A DNA stretch of 64,000 bases from Bacteroidaceae bacterium (GTDB taxonomy: Bacteria > Bacteroidota > Bacteroidia > Bacteroidales > Bacteroidaceae): positions 642-64,641 of the forward strand of contig JAUUPT010000012.1 in the NCBI GenBank assembly GCA_030843315.1, written 5' to 3'. Positions 59,203 to 64,000 of this stretch are shown here, in pieces. The position numbers and the translations under genes were made by a program. Position 1 is the first letter of the stretch. Each line of letters opens with the position of its first letter. The notes under the pieces are model-generated. The model was not told the DNA's origin. It searched no databases and was given only the letters and a program-made list of their open reading frames with translations.

Positions 59203-60858
59203 ATGAAACGATATATAAAGCCTTTTGTTTTGTCTCTTTTATTTGTGGCGGGGGGAGCGCAGGCACAGGAGACAGCCACTTTCACCCCTCCTTTTGATTT
59301 TCCCATCACTTTTTCAGGCAACTTCGGCGAGATACGTGCCAATCACTTTCATGGCGGGCTGGACTTCAAGACCGGTGGCACCATCGGCAAGCAAGTACGT
59401 GCATTGGCCGACGGGCATATCTCCCGTATCCGCGTCACTCATGGTTCGGGCTATGTGCTCGACGTAGCTTATGATAATGGTTACTCTACGATAAACCGTC
59501 ACCTCAGCGCCTTTGTGGGCGATATTGCCCGCAGGGTGGAAGCCTTGCAATACGAAAAGGAAAGCTGGGAAGTGGAAATCACGCCCGCCCCCGATGAATA
59601 TCCCGTGAAAGCAGGGCAAGTCATTGCTTTGAGCGGTAATACCGGTTACTCTTTCGGACCGCATCTGCACCTGGATGTCTTTGAAACGGAGACGGAGGAC
59701 TATGTAGACCCATTGCCTTTCTTTATGAACAGGGTGAAAGACAGTACGGCCCCGCGTGCCGAAGGCATCATGCTTTTTCCGCAACCGGGCAAAGGAGTGG
59801 TGGAGGGCAAGCAGTCCCGCCAGATTTTCCCGGCACGGCCGGTGCAGCCTATTACTGCCTGGGGACTGATAGGAGCCGGCATCCGTGCCTATGACTATAT
59901 GGATGGAGTGCACAATAAGTATGGCGTGAAAACCGTTATTCTGGAAGTGGATGGCAAGGAGGTTTTCCGCAGCGTGGTAGACCGCTTTGCCTACGAAGAA
60001 AACCGGTATATCAATTCGTGGACACACGGACAATATATGAAGTCCTTCATCGAACCGGGCAACCGCCTGCGCCTGCTGCATGCATCCAATGGCAACCGCG
60101 GACTGGTGGAAATCAATGAAGAACGTCCTTATCAGTTTGTCTATACACTGAGCGATGCACTGGGCAACACGTCCAAAGTGCGCTTCACGGTGCAAGGCAA
60201 GAAGGCGGATATTCCTCCGGTGGAGCATCGCGAGAAATATGTTTTCAAATGGGATAGGGTGAATTATCTGCAAGAGCCGGGCTTGGAACTGGTCGTTCCC
60301 AAAGGAATGCTTTATGATGATGCCTGGCTGAACTATGCCGTGCGTGCCGATAGCGGCGATATTGCCTTTACCTATCAACTGAATGATACCCGCATCCCCA
60401 TGCATGGTGCCTGCGATTTGCGTATCGGCCTGCGTCGTCGTCCGATAGAGGATATGACGAAATATTATGTAGCCGGCGTCACTGCCCGCGGCAGCAAGTA
60501 CAGTGTGGGCGGTAAGTTCGAGGATGGCTGTATGAAGGTTCGTATCCGCGAGTTAGGGACGTATACAGTGGCTCTCGATACCGTTCCTCCTCAGATAACC
60601 CCTGTGAACAAGGCGCAATGGGGGCGCACGGGACGCATTGTATTCAAAGCAAAAGATAAAGAAACAGGCATCGACACTTATCGTGGCACGATTGACGGAA
60701 AGTACGCCTTGTTTGGCAAGCCGAACTCCATCAGCGGAGACCTGGTTTGCGAACTCGATCCCCGGCATGTGGAGAAGGGTGGCAAGCACATTGTGGAAAT
60801 GACCGTAACGGATGGTTGCGGCAATCGTGCTACCGAGCAATTTGAATTTGTCTGGTAA
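59203..60858 (+). CDS. M23-family peptidase
   Basis: Start ATG 59203 with a signal peptide; HGGLD and SGNTG.SFGPHLH zinc motifs; -7 element TATCTTTG at 59165-59172. Confidence 0.9.
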   Translation: MKRYIKPFVLSLLFVAGGAQAQETATFTPPFDFPITFSGNFGEIRANHFHGGLDFKTGGTIGKQVRALADGHISRIRVTHGSGYVLDVAYDNGYSTINRHLSAFVGDIARRVEALQYEKESWEVEITPAPDEYPVKAGQVIALSGNTGYSFGPHLHLDVFETETEDYVDPLPFFMNRVKDSTAPRAEGIMLFPQPGKGVVEGKQSRQIFPARPVQPITAWGLIGAGIRAYDYMDGVHNKYGVKTVILEVDGKEVFRSVVDRFAYEENRYINSWTHGQYMKSFIEPGNRLRLLHASNGNRGLVEINEERPYQFVYTLSDALGNTSKVRFTVQGKKADIPPVEHREKYVFKWDRVNYLQEPGLELVVPKGMLYDDAWLNYAVRADSGDIAFTYQLNDTRIPMHGACDLRIGLRRRPIEDMTKYYVAGVTARGSKYSVGGKFEDGCMKVRIRELGTYTVALDTVPPQITPVNKAQWGRTGRIVFKAKDKETGIDTYRGTIDGKYALFGKPNSISGDLVCELDPRHVEKGGKHIVEMTVTDGCGNRATEQFEFVW

Positions 60859-60894
60859 ATGGAAAACATTAATAGCAACAATAATAACTGAAGT

Positions 60895-62538
60895 ATGAAA
60901 AGCAAAAGACTGACTCTTTCCGTCTTATTCGTGGCAGCATCCGTGGTGAATGCCCTGGCTTGTACCAATCTTATCGTAGGCAAGAATGCCTCTACGGACG
61001 GTTCTACCATCGTATCTTATTCTGCCGACTCCTACGGGCTGTTCGGCGAGTTATATCATTATCCCGCAGGCATGCACAAGAAGGGTACGCTGATCGATGT
61101 CCACGAGTGGGACACCGGCAAGTACCTCGGCCGGATAGAGCAAGCCCGCCAGACGTACAACGTCATCGGCAACATGAACGAATTTCAGCTTACCATCGGC
61201 GAAACTACCTTCGGCGGTCGTCCCGAATTGGTGGACTCTACCGGCATCATCGACTACGGTAGCCTGATTTACCTCGGCCTGCAACGTTCCCGCACTGCCC
61301 GCGAAGCCATCAAGGTGATGACCGAACTCGTGCAGGAATACGGCTATTACAGCAGCGGTGAATCCTTCACCATTGCCGACCCCAACGAAATATGGATTAT
61401 GGAAATGATAGGCAAAGGTCCCGGCGTGCGTGGTGCCGTATGGGTAGCCGTCCGTGTTCCCGACGATTGTATCTCGGCACATGCCAACCAGAGCCGCATC
61501 CACCAGTTCGACATGAACGACAAGAACAACTGTATGTATTCTCCCGACGTCATTTCCTTTGCCCGCGAAAAAGGTTACTTTGACGGAGTGAACAAGGACT
61601 TCAGTTTTGCCAATGCATACGCACCCCTCGACTTCGGTGCCCGCCGCTACTGCGAAGCCCGCGTATGGAGCTACTTCAATATGTTTACCGACTGTGGCAA
61701 TGAATTCTTACCTTATATATTAGGTGAAACAGATACTCCGATGCCGCTGTTCCTCAAACCCAGCCGCCAGATTTCCGTACAGGATGTGAAGAACGCCATG
61801 CGCGACCACTACGAAGGAACACCCCTCGACATCAGCAAGGACTTTGGCGCCGGCCCGTATCATACTCCCTACCGTCTGTCTCCTCTTTCCTTCAAGGTGG
61901 GCGACCAGGAGTACTTCAACGAACGTCCCATTTCCACCCAGCAGAGTGGCTTCGTATTCGTGGCGCAGATGCGTTCCGAAATGCCCGACGCTATCGGTGG
62001 CGTGTTGTGGTTCGGTACGGATGATGCCAACATGACTGTCTTTACCCCTGTATATTGCTGTACGGATAAAATCCCTGCTTGCTATACCCGCGTGGATGGT
62101 GCCGATTACATTACCTTCTCCTGGAATTCTGCTTTCTGGATTTTCAACTGGGTATCCAATATGGTTTATCCCCGCTACGACCTGATGATAGGCGACGTAC
62201 GTGCCACTCAGACGGAACTGGAAACTACCTTCAACGAAGCCCAGGAAGGTGTAGAGGCAGCTGCTGCCAAACTGTTGGCAAAAGATCCTGCCAAGGCCAA
62301 AGCATTCCTTACCAACTATACGAACATGACGGCTCAGAGCACTTTCGATACCTGGAAACGCCTCGGCGAATTCCTGGTCGTAAAATATAATGACGGAGTG
62401 GTGAAGCGTATGAAAGACGGTAAGTTCGAGCGCAATTCCATCGGTCAGCCGGCAGGCGTAGTTCGTCCCGGATACCCGAAAGAATTCCTGGAAGAGTACG
62501 TCAAGCAGACGGGAGACAGGTATAAAATGCCGGAATAA
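60895..62538 (+). CDS. C69-family dipeptidase (Ntn hydrolase)
   Basis: Signal peptide followed by catalytic CTNLIVGKNASTDGS, MNEFQLTIGETT and ERPIST. Confidence 0.9.
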   Translation: MKSKRLTLSVLFVAASVVNALACTNLIVGKNASTDGSTIVSYSADSYGLFGELYHYPAGMHKKGTLIDVHEWDTGKYLGRIEQARQTYNVIGNMNEFQLTIGETTFGGRPELVDSTGIIDYGSLIYLGLQRSRTAREAIKVMTELVQEYGYYSSGESFTIADPNEIWIMEMIGKGPGVRGAVWVAVRVPDDCISAHANQSRIHQFDMNDKNNCMYSPDVISFAREKGYFDGVNKDFSFANAYAPLDFGARRYCEARVWSYFNMFTDCGNEFLPYILGETDTPMPLFLKPSRQISVQDVKNAMRDHYEGTPLDISKDFGAGPYHTPYRLSPLSFKVGDQEYFNERPISTQQSGFVFVAQMRSEMPDAIGGVLWFGTDDANMTVFTPVYCCTDKIPACYTRVDGADYITFSWNSAFWIFNWVSNMVYPRYDLMIGDVRATQTELETTFNEAQEGVEAAAAKLLAKDPAKAKAFLTNYTNMTAQSTFDTWKRLGEFLVVKYNDGVVKRMKDGKFERNSIGQPAGVVRPGYPKEFLEEYVKQTGDRYKMPE

Positions 62539-62550
62539 GTTTCTGTGCAG

Positions 62551-62606
62551 GTTACACAGGTTCTTCATTCCTCTCCTAAAATCTGTGTAATCTGTGTAAT
62601 CTCTGT
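62551..62606. repeat. 9-bp repeats forming a hairpin after the C69 gene
   Basis: AATCTGTGT AATCTGTGT AATCTCTGT, complementary to upstream GGTTACACAGGTT. Confidence 0.65.
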
Positions 62607-62694
62607 TGAAAAAAATTAGGATATTCGAACTTATTCTCCTACATTTGTGTCTTAACAAATAGTTTATATCAACCTTTAAAATAGAAACAATCTT

Positions 62695-64000
62695 ATGGAA
62701 AATCAGGAACTGATTAAGCAGGTAACTGAGAAAGCCGAAAAATGGCTTACCCCGGCATACGATGCCGAAACTCAGGCAGAAGTGAAACGCATGTTGGTAA
62801 ATCCCGATAAAACCGAACTGATAGACAGCTTCTATAAGGATTTGGAATTTGGAACGGGCGGTCTGCGCGGCATCATGGGCGCCGGAACCAACCGAATGAA
62901 TATCTATACGGTAGGTGCTGCCACCCAGGGCTTGTCCAATTACCTGAACAAATGCTTTGCCGGTAAAGACCAGATTTCAGTAGTAGTGGGTTACGACTGT
63001 CGCAACAACAGTGACAAGTTTGCCAAGATTTCTGCTGACATCTTCTCTGCCAACGGCATCAAGGTATATCTCTTCGACGACCTTCGTCCTACTCCCGAAG
63101 TTTCGTTCGCTATTCGCCACTTCGGTTGCCAGAGCGGTATCAACATCACCGCCAGCCACAACCCGAGAGAATACAACGGCTACAAGGCTTATTGGGACGA
63201 CGGTGCACAGGTGCTTGCTCCGCACGATACCGCTATCATCGACGAAGTGAACAAAGTAACCGTTGCCGGCATCAAGTTCAACGGCAATCCCGATCTGATT
63301 CAGATTATCGGCAAGGAAGTCGACGACATTTATCTGGATAAGGTGCATTCCATTTCCATCGATCCGGAAGTCATCAAGCGTCAGAAAAACCTTAGCATCG
63401 TCTATACACCGCTTCATGGTGCAGGCCGTGTGCTTATCCCGGATTCATTGAAGGAATGGGGATTCGAGAACATCAACTGCGTGCCTGAGCAGATGGTGAA
63501 GGACGGCAACTTCCCGACCGTTGTATCGCCGAACCCCGAAAATGCCGAAGCCCTCTCTATGGCCATTGCACTGGCAAAGAAGCTCGATGCTGACATCGTA
63601 ATGGCAAGCGACCCCGATGCCGACCGCGTAGGTATGGCGTGCAAGGACGACAAGGGCGAATGGGTACTTATCAACGGTAACCAGACTTGTCTGATCTTCT
63701 TGTACTACATCATCAAGAACCGCATTGCCATGGGCAAGATGCAGCCCAATGACTTCATCGTAAAGACCATTGTAACGACTGAACTGATTAAGGCGGTAGC
63801 CGATAAGAACAAGATTGAAATGCGCGATTGTTACACCGGCTTCAAGTGGATTGCCCGCGAGATTCGTCTGAGCGAAGGCAAGCAACAATACATCGGCGGT
63901 GGTGAAGAAAGCTACGGCTTCCTGGCCGAAGACTTTGTTCGCGATAAAGATGCCGTTTCCGCCTGCTCGCTGCTGGCCGAAATCTGTGCATGGGCAAAGG
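62695..64000 (+). CDS. pgm: Phosphoglucomutase/phosphomannomutase, 3'-partial
   Basis: Read by hand from ATG 62695 (MENQELIKQ...LEFGTGGLRG). TASHNP phosphoserine motif, DPDADR and GGEESYG; -7 element TACATTTG at 62640-62647. Missing from the ORF track because it runs off the window. Confidence 0.93.
   Translation, partial: MENQELIKQVTEKAEKWLTPAYDAETQAEVKRMLVNPDKTELIDSFYKDLEFGTGGLRGIMGAGTNRMNIYTVGAATQGLSNYLNKCFAGKDQISVVVGYDCRNNSDKFAKISADIFSANGIKVYLFDDLRPTPEVSFAIRHFGCQSGINITASHNPREYNGYKAYWDDGAQVLAPHDTAIIDEVNKVTVAGIKFNGNPDLIQIIGKEVDDIYLDKVHSISIDPEVIKRQKNLSIVYTPLHGAGRVLIPDSLKEWGFENINCVPEQMVKDGNFPTVVSPNPENAEALSMAIALAKKLDADIVMASDPDADRVGMACKDDKGEWVLINGNQTCLIFLYYIIKNRIAMGKMQPNDFIVKTIVTTELIKAVADKNKIEMRDCYTGFKWIAREIRLSEGKQQYIGGGEESYGFLAEDFVRDKDAVSACSLLAEICAWAK

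Overview
This is a Bacteroides-type (Bacteroidales) chromosomal window, judged by TAnnTTTG promoters, a SusC/SusD pair and lipoprotein fimbrillins. (1) 1-12.5 kb is a sialic/nonulosonic-acid utilisation locus: Na+/solute symporter, NanA-family lyase, SusC/SusD, GH33 sialidase, D-lyxose/D-mannose-type isomerase, aldose 1-epimerase, secreted metallophosphoesterase and a YhcH/NanQ protein. No NanE or kinase gene lies in the window, and the gene set fits KDN (cleaved to mannose + pyruvate) better than Neu5Ac. (2) proS follows. (3) A ~6 kb type V pilus island lies at 14.2-20.2 kb. It has a consensus promoter, an (AC)16A microsatellite inside a short leader ORF, an unannotated 42-aa YxxP peptide, three shaft-like fimbrillins, an HU-family gene bracketed by structured elements, and a tip adhesin. 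The last ~38 codons of the adhesin look like a diversity-generating-retroelement (DGR) variable region, yet no RT or template repeat is in the window, so it is a candidate remote target. (4) The glutamine-amidotransferase cluster asnB-gltD-gltB <> glmS-purF-carA-carB. (5) An AraC regulator with a TolC/HlyD/ABC efflux operon, then rlmH, nadC and two tandem paralogous membrane proteins behind a 22-bp array. (6) An ECF sigma factor with a dual-membrane-spanning anti-sigma, and a FabK-like gene. (7) The acid-resistance operon gadB-glsA-K+ channel-gadC, then an MFS transporter, ald, M23 and C69 peptidases and a partial phosphoglucomutase. No tRNA, rRNA, CRISPR array or transposase was seen. All product calls rest on motif recognition, not database searches.
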